64,000 bases of DNA. Source: an uncultured Candidatus Poseidoniales archaeon. Lineage in GTDB: Archaea; Thermoplasmatota; Poseidoniia; Poseidoniales; Thalassarchaeaceae. Position numbers and translations under genes: made by a program. The stretch lies in assembly GCA_964585295.1 (NCBI GenBank), contig CAZPCY010000002.1, forward strand, positions 102,745 to 166,744. Reading direction: 5' to 3'. Numbering within the stretch: position 1 is the first letter of the stretch; every line of letters begins with the position of its first letter. The notes beneath the pieces were generated by a model. It saw nothing but the letters and a program-made list of their open reading frames with translations, searched no databases and was not told where the DNA came from. This document shows, in pieces, positions 9,786-19,009 of the stretch.

Positions 9786-12749
9786 ATGACTGGGATGCAT
9801 GGCGAGGACCGTGAGTCCTCTGTGGATTGGCACCTGCTAACTGTGGATGATTCCATGTCACGGCTAGATGTTACTAGAGACGGTCTCAGCGAAAGCGAGG
9901 TCGCCCGTCGACTAGTGGAGAACGGCCCGAACAAGTTGGATGAACCAGAACCCATCCACTGGATTTGGAAACTACTGGAACAGTTCAGAGACCCGATGGT
10001 CTACCTCCTACTACTGGCAGCCGCCATTGCATTCGTATTCGATCGGGAGGATATCGGCACCCCCATCTTCATCTGCATCGCATTGTCCTTGAATGCGGTC
10101 TTTGGATATATGCAGGAACAGAAGGCGGAACAGGCGATGGATAGCCTGAAGCAATTGCTGGTCAGTCAATGCGTGGTCGTTCGAGATGGGACTGAGCACC
10201 GCATCAGCACTGAAGGCATCGTCGCAGGTGACATCGTCTGGCTAGAGGAGGGGTTGAATGTACCAGCTGATCTTCGAATCATTGAAGCGAATCGCCTTCG
10301 AATAGACGAATCCTCGCTGACTGGCGAGTCTGCAACGGTATCGAAGTATCCCGATTCACTTTCCGAATCGACCATTCTCGCTGAGAGGAAGAACATGGCC
10401 TACATGGGTACTGTGGTGAGCTCAGGTCGAGGTTCTGGTTTGGTAATCCAAACAGGTATGCAAACCGAACTGGGGAGAATCGCCAAAGGAATCACTGATG
10501 TGGAGGCCCCAAAAACTCCTCTCGAGATCAAACTCGAATCGCTCGGACGTTTTCTTGGATATGTCGCACTTCTGAGCGCTGCATCACTGGTCAGTCTCCA
10601 CGTCCTAGAAGCAATACTGATGGGGAAAACCGGGAACCAATTGTACGAAGTCGTGTCCGACCAATTCCTGATCGCAGTTGCAATCTTCGTCGCTATTGTT
10701 CCTGAGGGGCTACCTATCATCCTAGTAATCACCCTAGCAATTGGAATGCGGAACATGGCCCGCCACCGTGCCATAGTCAGGAAGATGCGCGCGGTTGAGA
10801 CATTGGGTTCAACCACAGTCATCTGCTCCGACAAGACAGGGACCCTTACCACTGGTCAGATGACTGTACGTAGATTCCACTTCGCAGGTGTAGATTACGA
10901 CGTATCCGGGCGTGGTTATGACCCCACATCCGGCAGTCTCATTCTGAAAGGGGAAATCCAAGAGCCGAACGCTCAAAATGGACTTTCTGATTCATCCGAA
11001 TACAAATTGGCGTTGTCTGTAGCCACCCTATGCCAGAACAGCAACGTTAGACAGGTGGATGGTCGCTGGAAAGGAGTCGGTGACCCAACAGACACCGCTT
11101 GTGCGGTATTCGGTTGGAAGTTGCAAGAATCCGTTGATTCATTGCGAGAACGCTGCCCCAGAATTAGAGAATACACCTTCGATCGCGAGCGTAAGAGAAT
11201 GGGGACGGTTCACGAGATTGATGGTGAGAGATGGCTCTTTGTGAAGGGAGCCTATGGTCCAATTAGGGATCTTTCCACAACCATCGCCACCAGTGAGGGA
11301 ACGGTTCCTTTGGACGAGAATCATCTAAGGCTAATTCGGGAAGTCAATACCGGCATGGCCGAATCAGCACTCAGGGTCCTCACACTAGCCGTAAGAAAAT
11401 TGGATGAGGATGAGGATCTCGACGATGTAGAGGCGATTGAATCGAATCTTACTCTCCTCGGCATGATTGGCATCGCGGATCCACCGAGAGCAGAGGTTCC
11501 CGAAGCAATCAGAAGGTGCCAAGGAGCGGGCATCCGGGTCATCATGATAACCGGCGATCAACAGAAAACCGCGGAAGCAATCGGCAAAGAAATCGGTATT
11601 ATGGATGACACCCATAGAAGCATCACTGGGTGGGAACTGGAAGAGATTGACGATGAAGAACTCGAAGAGATAATCGATGAGATCTCGATATTCTCTCGGA
11701 CCACTCCCGAACAGAAGCTCCGAATCGTCGAATGTTTGCAGAGGAGAGGAAATGTTGTCGCCATGACCGGTGATGGCGACAACGATGCACCTGCTTTGTC
11801 TAGGTCCAACATCGGCATATCGATGGGGATTGGAGGCACCGATGTCGCCCGTGATGCTAGTGACATGGTCTTGCAAGACGATGACTTCTCATCCATCGTG
11901 GAGGCGGTAGAAGAGGGGAGGAAGATCTACGAGAACATCCGAAACTTCGTCCGATACCAGATTTCTACTAATGTGGCGGCGGTGACGTTGATTCTGGTTT
12001 CGACATTTATCTTCGGTTGGAAACCTCTGCCCCTGACCGCTACTCAATTGTTGGTGATCAATATCCTGATGGATGGGCCCCCTGCAGTCGCGCTGGGTAT
12101 TGAATCGCAATCAAAGGACGTGATGATGGAGAAACCGAGGCCACTCGACGAAACTCTGCCGACTCCTCCTGATGTACTGCTGATTCTGTTCCTCGGACTG
12201 GTGATGGTCGTAGGTACCGCTTCCGTGTTCTATTTCGCTGGCGGTGGAATCATGGTACAGGATCCTTGCACCGAGTTCGATGGGTCGATAGAACAGGGAT
12301 GGATCGAGCAATACAGCGAGGATGGTACGACTTGCGATGGGGCTGCCGAGGCTGCTTGGAGGTCGGATGCCGAGAATCGATTCGCGATGGCTCAGACGAG
12401 CACCTTCGCAGTGTTCATTCTGTTTCAATTGTTCAATGTCATGAATTGCCGATCCTCTGAGGACAGTGCATTCCGAATCGGACTGCTAAGGAACAACTGG
12501 ATTACAGCATCCTTCTTCATATCGGCCGCTTTCCTCGTCGCCTTGGTGCAAGGAGCCGATATTATCGTACCTCTCATCGGCATAGCCATCGGAGACCTAG
12601 TTGCTACCAGCCCCCTACAATTGAGCGATTGGGGAATCGTGGCAGCGACCGCCACGACAGTGTTCATCGCTGAAGAGATTCGAAAACTGATCTTCAAGTT
12701 GAATCAATCAACTAGAGCGGTGAATTATCAGAAAGACAGTTCTGGGTGA
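9786..12749 (+). CDS. P-type ATPase, P2A class (SPCA/PMR1-like Ca2+/Mn2+ pump)
   Basis: LTGES, IVPEGLP, DKTGTLT, KGA, DPPR, MITGD, GDGDND; TM6 INILMDGPPA. Confidence 0.92.
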   Translation: MTGMHGEDRESSVDWHLLTVDDSMSRLDVTRDGLSESEVARRLVENGPNKLDEPEPIHWIWKLLEQFRDPMVYLLLLAAAIAFVFDREDIGTPIFICIALSLNAVFGYMQEQKAEQAMDSLKQLLVSQCVVVRDGTEHRISTEGIVAGDIVWLEEGLNVPADLRIIEANRLRIDESSLTGESATVSKYPDSLSESTILAERKNMAYMGTVVSSGRGSGLVIQTGMQTELGRIAKGITDVEAPKTPLEIKLESLGRFLGYVALLSAASLVSLHVLEAILMGKTGNQLYEVVSDQFLIAVAIFVAIVPEGLPIILVITLAIGMRNMARHRAIVRKMRAVETLGSTTVICSDKTGTLTTGQMTVRRFHFAGVDYDVSGRGYDPTSGSLILKGEIQEPNAQNGLSDSSEYKLALSVATLCQNSNVRQVDGRWKGVGDPTDTACAVFGWKLQESVDSLRERCPRIREYTFDRERKRMGTVHEIDGERWLFVKGAYGPIRDLSTTIATSEGTVPLDENHLRLIREVNTGMAESALRVLTLAVRKLDEDEDLDDVEAIESNLTLLGMIGIADPPRAEVPEAIRRCQGAGIRVIMITGDQQKTAEAIGKEIGIMDDTHRSITGWELEEIDDEELEEIIDEISIFSRTTPEQKLRIVECLQRRGNVVAMTGDGDNDAPALSRSNIGISMGIGGTDVARDASDMVLQDDDFSSIVEAVEEGRKIYENIRNFVRYQISTNVAAVTLILVSTFIFGWKPLPLTATQLLVINILMDGPPAVALGIESQSKDVMMEKPRPLDETLPTPPDVLLILFLGLVMVVGTASVFYFAGGGIMVQDPCTEFDGSIEQGWIEQYSEDGTTCDGAAEAAWRSDAENRFAMAQTSTFAVFILFQLFNVMNCRSSEDSAFRIGLLRNNWITASFFISAAFLVALVQGADIIVPLIGIAIGDLVATSPLQLSDWGIVAATATTVFIAEEIRKLIFKLNQSTRAVNYQKDSSG

Positions 12750-13964
12750 TTGACCTTGGATGATGTTAGGCGCAATGGTGCGCCCGATTGGAGAGAGAGG
12801 TTGTCCGGAATCACAATCTCGCATCTAATCGACCCCAAACTCAAACTCGCAAAACGAATCATCGAAACCGGGGATTCGATAGATGGTTCCCTTGCTTTGG
12901 GCATCCTCAAGGAAACACCACTGAACGAATTGACTTCACTCGCTCACGCCATCAAGGTAGCACGCTTCGGAAATGAGGTGTTCTTCAATTCCAATCTACA
13001 TGTCAACCCAACCAACATCTGCGTCCTAGCATGCCGATTCTGCGCCTTCCGAAGGGGCCCGAAAGCCTCTGATTCCTATGCCCTGAATGTCGATCAATAC
13101 CTATCGAGAATCACACCCTATGCAGATCGGATTGACGAGGTTCATTCGGTAGGGGGACTGCACCCGGAATGGACCATAGAACACTACGAACAATTGTTAT
13201 TCTCTACGAAATCAACTCACCCACACATCTCGCTGAAATGTCTGACTGCAGTAGAGGTGAAGCATGTCGCTCAGATGTCTTCGTTGTCAATCGAAGAAAC
13301 ACTGAGGAGGCTTATGGCAGCAGGTCTCACCTCTTTGCCTGGTGGGGGTGCAGAGATTCTGGACGATAATATTAGAGCCAGGATCTGCAATGGCAAGGAG
13401 ACCAGTGCGGAATATCTTTCGATACATGAGACGGCGCATCGACTAGGGCTGCCAACCAACTGCACGATGCTTTTCGGAACCATAGAGAGCCACCAGCATC
13501 GAATCTCACACCTCATCGCTCTCAGGGATTTACAGGATCAGACGGGGGGTTTCCAATGCTTCGTTCCATATCCATTCCTCCCCGATCATTCTCGCCTCCC
13601 GGATGCACAACTATCCACGGGGATTGAAACGATTCGGATGATCGCCATCTCACGGTTACTTCTCGATTCGATACCTCACATCAAGGCGTACAGGATGAAC
13701 ATAGGCGACCATCTGGCACAGACTGCCCTATTATCAGGGGCAGATGACATAGATGGTACGGTTGGTCAGGAGGAGATAATGCACGAAGCTGGATCCATAG
13801 CTCCATTGGATCACGATCTAGATGATGTGGCTCGCCTAATTGAGGCTGCAGGATGTATTCCAGTGAGAAGGGACACGACTTACCGAGAATTCTGGATTCA
13901 TCGGCCACAACCGCCCCCTCCAAGAGGATCTGGCGGCCGTCTCCCAGTGGTAGGATCTGCATGA
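12750..13964 (+). CDS. mqnE: Aminofutalosine synthase (radical SAM, CofH/MqnE family)
   Basis: NPTNICVLACRFCAF, PGGGAEI, TMLFG, HIKAY, GADDIDGT; lies directly upstream of mqnA. Confidence 0.85.
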   Translation: MTLDDVRRNGAPDWRERLSGITISHLIDPKLKLAKRIIETGDSIDGSLALGILKETPLNELTSLAHAIKVARFGNEVFFNSNLHVNPTNICVLACRFCAFRRGPKASDSYALNVDQYLSRITPYADRIDEVHSVGGLHPEWTIEHYEQLLFSTKSTHPHISLKCLTAVEVKHVAQMSSLSIEETLRRLMAAGLTSLPGGGAEILDDNIRARICNGKETSAEYLSIHETAHRLGLPTNCTMLFGTIESHQHRISHLIALRDLQDQTGGFQCFVPYPFLPDHSRLPDAQLSTGIETIRMIAISRLLLDSIPHIKAYRMNIGDHLAQTALLSGADDIDGTVGQEEIMHEAGSIAPLDHDLDDVARLIEAAGCIPVRRDTTYREFWIHRPQPPPPRGSGGRLPVVGSA

Positions 13965-14761
13965 TGGTCGATGGCAATTGGACCCGCGTGGTCGGAAGGG
14001 TGTCGTTCGCCAACTGTGATCCTCTATTCGATGGCCTGTCGGATGAATGGGGAATTCTTCCTGCCCCTCCAGCCTGGCTAACCTCCCATCTCCTGAACAG
14101 GGATTGTATCGTTGCACCGATTCCGGTGGCTGATCTTTGCGCAAATATGGAGAAACTAGTATCGCTTCGGGGTTTGGGTATTGCTAGTGATGGTCCCGTG
14201 GGTAGTGTAATACTGTTTGGAAATCGTACCATCGAACGCATGAGGGATATCGCGGTTCCAACCGACTCCTCTACCTCAAAGGCACTCATACCATGGTTGT
14301 TATCCTACCGGGGCATAGAACCTCGAATGGTCGAGATGGGGCCGGATCTCCCCACCATGCTGGAGAGATGTGATGGTGCTCTGCTCATAGGTGATCGTGC
14401 ACTCGACGAGGCAAGAAAAAACCCGGAACTAGTAAGGTTGGATCTGGGTCGTTCTTGGACTGAAACGACTGGTACCCCGATGGTCTTCGGAGTTTTCGCT
14501 GCCAGAAGGGACTCGCCGAGGGAGGTCGTGATGCGAATCAGAGACGATTTGTTTTCGAATCTGAGAAGATTCGAAGGCGATGATGAACATAGGAAGAAAG
14601 TCATCAAGAACAGTGCCCAAAGAATAGGATTCCATGAGGAAAGGATGCGCGAATATCTCATCGACGAAGTCAGAAATAGAATCGGTGAAAGAGAGGAGGA
14701 GGGGCTACTTAGGTTTGCATCAGAAGTATGTGGAGTCTCATCTATCGACTGGCTGGATTAA
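13961..14761 (+). CDS. mqnA: Chorismate dehydratase (futalosine pathway)
   Basis: GRVSFANCDP, GPVGSV, SSTS, ALLIGDRAL, DLGRSW..TGTPMVFGVFA; ATGA overlap with the mqnE stop. Confidence 0.92.
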   Translation: MMVDGNWTRVVGRVSFANCDPLFDGLSDEWGILPAPPAWLTSHLLNRDCIVAPIPVADLCANMEKLVSLRGLGIASDGPVGSVILFGNRTIERMRDIAVPTDSSTSKALIPWLLSYRGIEPRMVEMGPDLPTMLERCDGALLIGDRALDEARKNPELVRLDLGRSWTETTGTPMVFGVFAARRDSPREVVMRIRDDLFSNLRRFEGDDEHRKKVIKNSAQRIGFHEERMREYLIDEVRNRIGEREEEGLLRFASEVCGVSSIDWLD

Positions 14762-14762
14762 G

Positions 14763-17303
14763 TCAGTCGTCATTTCTCCTCTTCCTCTTCACAGCCCGAC
14801 GCCTCCCCCCTTTCTTCTCACCTGAATTGGGGCTTGATTCATCGGCGAACATCTTGGATATTGCTTGGTCGATATCCGAGTAATCGGATTCTCCCGCAGA
14901 CTCACTGCTACCTATTTCGACCTCATCATTAGCCGTTTCATCAGGTACTTCCTTGACAACCTGTCGAACCCGTCTCTTCGGAATCGTAGTGACTCCCCTC
15001 TGATCCGGGGGTGGCCTAGGTGGAGCTCTCTGATCTGGAGGTGGCCTCGGTGCTCGGGAAACGCCTTCTTCTTCCTCCCTATCCTCCCCCCAGCTCTCGT
15101 TATCCACTTCATGTTCCTCTGCCCAATTCGCCCACTCATCTTCAACACCAGTGATTGCGATCTGCAGTTCCTCAAGGTCTATGACGCCGTTTCCATCCAC
15201 GTCTAGGTTGAGGACGAGGGCTTCCAATTGCTCCGTAGGAAGGGCCGCAATTCGCAGTGATATCAAACCACTAAGGAGTTCATCGGATTCAAGATATCCA
15301 TTCTGATTGGTATCGAATCGGTTGAACATTTCCTCTACGGTGACATCATTCTCCCTCATCCAACGGAGTAGTTTGTCCATGACCTGATCATATACAAACA
15401 AGGCATCACACTCATCACACATTACGGCGTTGATGTTGTTCAGAGCCCCACAGAATTCACACTCCATGGAATCGAAATCGATTTTGTTCCTACCTCTGAT
15501 CAGCACCATAGAAAGTCCCAAGATTGCTCCGGTAACGAAGAGGGCTGCCCACCAGTATTCGAGAATAATCGATAGCATGGATTCGGAAAACGTTGGGTCT
15601 TCTTCGATGAGTGGTTCAATGGAGAGAATCAGAGGGACTTGGTCGGGACGCAGGGCGTCGCTACTCGCCTGAGGACCGTCTGCGAGAGCGGTTGAATACC
15701 GAATTGGCTGATGTGGCATCGATTCCATTATCGACCCATCCACTGGGCCAGGGAAATTTAGCAGGTGTACATCGAATGGAGGTATGACAATTGCACTCGA
15801 TGAGGCGGTCGTAGTCCAAGTAATACGGATGTGATCCCTATCGTTGTGTGTTACCGTAGTTCCCCTCAATCCAGCCGAAACCTCGCATGTGGAAGTAATC
15901 ACATCGATGAACGTTCCATTCACCCTGACTGATGAACGCCATGCCTCAGTGTGTTCAGAGACATCGTAATCTCCACACAATGCTTCCTCCATCCTCTCCT
16001 CTTCAAAGACATCGACTGCGAAATCACGACTTGAAGGCGTCATAGCCGCCAAACGCCGGATCATCTGACTGTTAGTCAGGTTCAATGTCAGAGTATCCGT
16101 TACAATTACGCTGCCGCTCTCCACAATCACTTGGACCCTCCTGATGGTTTCTGGATCCGGGCTCTTGGTACAGTCATTCGCACCGACGCAGATGTTGTCA
16201 AACCCATCAGGATGCCCATCGCCGTCGTCATCATAATCGTATTCGTCAGGAATTCCATCTCGATCGAAATCCGGGCCGCTTATTGGGGCTGTGGAAGGTC
16301 GCGGTTCCGACCTCAAAACGACTACTATCTCCTTGCCGTTGGATACCGCCAATTCATTGCCATCTGGACTCACATCGCCCTGTCCGAAGGAATGGCCTAG
16401 TGACCTTCCAGACAATTTCTTGAGGGTGGTCAAATCATGGCTCTCGATCGAAGCATCCTCTCGATTAGTGAACACATGTAGCACTCCTTTGCGTTCATTG
16501 GGGAGCAACTGAATCACATGGCCAGAAGTTTCGATGAATCCTAGGTAATCTCCTGCTGGCTGCGATCTAATCTGGATGAGTGCATCGGCTGACCAAATTA
16601 TCTTACTCCCATTGTGAGCAAATGTACAATCAGATAGACCGCTCGTGGTTTCGTATTCAAGCAATATCGACTTGTTGGAGAAATTATAGGTTCGCAAGAA
16701 TCCCTTCTCGCCAGTGGTATGGGAACCAATCATGAGCGTCTCTCCATCTCCACTGATGTCGTGGCAGACAAATGTCTCTCCTGATTGGGGAGCCAAGAAC
16801 CAATCCTTGACGGGCCCCCCATCTGAGTGATTCCATAAGTTGAGGACTCCCGAATCCTCGATTGAGAAGAATGCTGGAGCATTTGGATACACCGTCAACT
16901 GATCCACATCCTGCCCAATCTCCACCGAACTAACCCTCGTCCAGGTTTCCGTGTCTATGATGGATACGGCGGGAGTCGAAGGTATCGACGATCGTTGGCC
17001 AGCAATGAGATACCTATCATCATCCTCGAATTCAATAGATAGCACTGAATCTGTTGGTTCGTCTTGGATGATAACGTAACCGACCTGTTCATCAGTTATG
17101 GTGTCCCATATTGTCACACCATTCTCGTGTCCAACAGCGAGCCATGAACCATCATTGGAGTAGGTAACGGGTGAAGCGAAATCCTTGTCTGATCCTGCAT
17201 CAAGGAAGTGATCGATGCTGTATGTAGGGTCAGCAACTACGACGGAGCTGAACATCGGCAGCATCATCGCAGCCAGCAGCAGCCACGCCCTCAGGCCAGC
17301 CAT
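14763..17303 (-). CDS. Single-pass membrane protein: signal peptide, WD40-like beta-propeller, TSP3-like Ca site, TM helix, cytoplasmic Zn ribbon + EF-hand pair, disordered tail
   Basis: SNDGSWLAVG/SGDGETLM/SPDGNELAV blades; DFDRDGIPDEYDYDDDGDG; TM; CEFC..CDEC; DTNQNGYLESDEL and DVDGNGVIDLEEL. ATG 17303 follows GAGGAG. Confidence 0.8.
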   Translation of the reverse strand: MAGLRAWLLLAAMMLPMFSSVVVADPTYSIDHFLDAGSDKDFASPVTYSNDGSWLAVGHENGVTIWDTITDEQVGYVIIQDEPTDSVLSIEFEDDDRYLIAGQRSSIPSTPAVSIIDTETWTRVSSVEIGQDVDQLTVYPNAPAFFSIEDSGVLNLWNHSDGGPVKDWFLAPQSGETFVCHDISGDGETLMIGSHTTGEKGFLRTYNFSNKSILLEYETTSGLSDCTFAHNGSKIIWSADALIQIRSQPAGDYLGFIETSGHVIQLLPNERKGVLHVFTNREDASIESHDLTTLKKLSGRSLGHSFGQGDVSPDGNELAVSNGKEIVVVLRSEPRPSTAPISGPDFDRDGIPDEYDYDDDGDGHPDGFDNICVGANDCTKSPDPETIRRVQVIVESGSVIVTDTLTLNLTNSQMIRRLAAMTPSSRDFAVDVFEEERMEEALCGDYDVSEHTEAWRSSVRVNGTFIDVITSTCEVSAGLRGTTVTHNDRDHIRITWTTTASSSAIVIPPFDVHLLNFPGPVDGSIMESMPHQPIRYSTALADGPQASSDALRPDQVPLILSIEPLIEEDPTFSESMLSIILEYWWAALFVTGAILGLSMVLIRGRNKIDFDSMECEFCGALNNINAVMCDECDALFVYDQVMDKLLRWMRENDVTVEEMFNRFDTNQNGYLESDELLSGLISLRIAALPTEQLEALVLNLDVDGNGVIDLEELQIAITGVEDEWANWAEEHEVDNESWGEDREEEEGVSRAPRPPPDQRAPPRPPPDQRGVTTIPKRRVRQVVKEVPDETANDEVEIGSSESAGESDYSDIDQAISKMFADESSPNSGEKKGGRRRAVKRKRRNDD

Positions 17304-17341
17304 TGAACTCCTCTGGCATGCCGTATGTATTGAGTATGTGG

Positions 17342-18673
17342 TCAAATCGAGGGGTCGACATACTCCAAATCAGTTGATTGGACCCATTCTAGCAAATCCA
17401 ATGCGACTTCGCATGATTCGGCAATGACGGTCGATTCATCATCAACGAATCTCTCTAGTGTCGCAATTGCTCGACGATCTCCTATCGCTCCAAGAGCCTC
17501 TGCGGCTTCGTGCCGAACCATGACATCCTCCTGTAGATCCTCTAATCTGTTGATCAGATGATCAACGGCCGAAGGATCCTGCATCTGACCCATTACGTAC
17601 GCGACCTCATGCTTCAACAAAGCGGAAGCGGAGCCAAATGAGGCTGCAAGGGCGTCAACCGCTCCCGTACCACCGATGTTTCGGAGAGCGAAAAGAGACC
17701 GCATTCGCTCAAACATCCTAGCGTTCTCATCACATAGTTTCATCCTCAATTCATCGACCATGTCATTGTCACTCGGGGGTGCCGGATCAACCGAATCGAA
17801 CCTAGACCTAGGTGGTGAAACCGTCTCTCCAACGAACTCGATTCCGTCGACATCGAGATCTGTGGGTACCATTCCTATTCGTTGACCCTCTCTCAGGAAC
17901 AATCTAACCGCGCGACGGCCGTCGGTCCCATAATCCAAAGTCCGAGAATTAACGTACATTCCTACAAATTCAGAATTGGTTTCATCATCGATCCCACGTC
18001 CCCACTGTTTGGCGAAATCAAGTGCATCCTTAGGATGATTCATTGCGTGTTCGATCGATCTTCGTACATGCTCAGTCACCGTATTGATCGCTTCTATTCC
18101 AAGATCTCTTCGAATCACATTTCCTCCAAGTGGAAGAGGAAGCCCCCACCTCTCCATCCACCATTCTCCCAAATCCATAATGAGATGTAGGCGATGCTCT
18201 CTATAGGTCAGTTGACCCTCGTGAATCACTAATCCGATGTCGACATCACCAGCTGATACTGATTCCATTATTCGGTCGAACGGGATGATTACTGTGTCAA
18301 CATCCCCGAATGCGATTCGGAGTGCTAGATGAGCGCTGGTCATCTCACCAGGTATCGCGATTCTAGCGCCCCTAGCCTCCTCGATGCTTAGTTCATCACG
18401 AGCCACAAGCCTAGGTCCATATCCCTCCCCCATCGATGCACCGCAATTCATCAGAACATAACGATCTAAAACTTGGGGCAACGCATGGATACTGACTGCG
18501 GTAACCTCGTGATGTCCTTTGAGAGCAAGGTTGTTTAGAGTCTCGATATCCACCAATTCGTGTTCGTAATCATAGCGCCCTGTGTCTATCGCACCTGTCG
18601 TCAAAGCGTGGAACATGAACGCGTCATCAGGATCAGGAGAATGTCCGATTCGGATGGTCTGCCCATCATCCAT
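17342..18673 (-). CDS. mqnD: 1,4-dihydroxy-6-naphthoate synthase fused to a DOHH-like HEAT-repeat half-domain
   Basis: N-terminal GHSPDPDDAFMF, DIETLN, IHEGQLTY, LPLPLGG, MYVN; C-terminal SVDPAPP, KHEVAY, VRHEAAEALG, ESCEVALD. Confidence 0.9.
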   Translation of the reverse strand: MDDGQTIRIGHSPDPDDAFMFHALTTGAIDTGRYDYEHELVDIETLNNLALKGHHEVTAVSIHALPQVLDRYVLMNCGASMGEGYGPRLVARDELSIEEARGARIAIPGEMTSAHLALRIAFGDVDTVIIPFDRIMESVSAGDVDIGLVIHEGQLTYREHRLHLIMDLGEWWMERWGLPLPLGGNVIRRDLGIEAINTVTEHVRRSIEHAMNHPKDALDFAKQWGRGIDDETNSEFVGMYVNSRTLDYGTDGRRAVRLFLREGQRIGMVPTDLDVDGIEFVGETVSPPRSRFDSVDPAPPSDNDMVDELRMKLCDENARMFERMRSLFALRNIGGTGAVDALAASFGSASALLKHEVAYVMGQMQDPSAVDHLINRLEDLQEDVMVRHEAAEALGAIGDRRAIATLERFVDDESTVIAESCEVALDLLEWVQSTDLEYVDPSI

Positions 18674-18790
18674 GATTGTCACCCAATCAGAACCGGTTGA
18701 AAACGGTGATGACCGAGCACTCACTCTTTCCTCCTAATGGTGTAGCGATAATCGGCATCCTCAAATCCCTACTTCGTCCAGCAACAGACG

Positions 18791-18985
18791 ATGCCACAGG
18801 CGAATCGACTATCAGTGTCAAGGGGACAATTGGGGCCACTGTGCGATGAGTGTAGCGCCCCGCTTCTTTTTTCGGAGTGTCTCACTCTAGACAAGGAGTA
18901 TGTCTGTCCGGAATGCTATGTCAAGAGGACTGGGATTGAAGGCGCGACCGAGCCCAAATCTGTCGGCGGGCTTCCAATGAATTGA
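18791..18985 (+). CDS. Small Zn-finger protein
   Basis: CDEC...CPEC in 64 aa, just upstream of priS. Confidence 0.65.
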   Translation: MPQANRLSVSRGQLGPLCDECSAPLLFSECLTLDKEYVCPECYVKRTGIEGATEPKSVGGLPMN

Positions 18986-19009
18986 CCAGCAACGGCCTGT
19001 TTTGAAACC

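Noticed and set aside
14985..15060. Short duplicated RAPPRPPPDQR-type segment
   Set aside because: A two-copy repeat in a disordered tail, with no sign of a separate DNA function.
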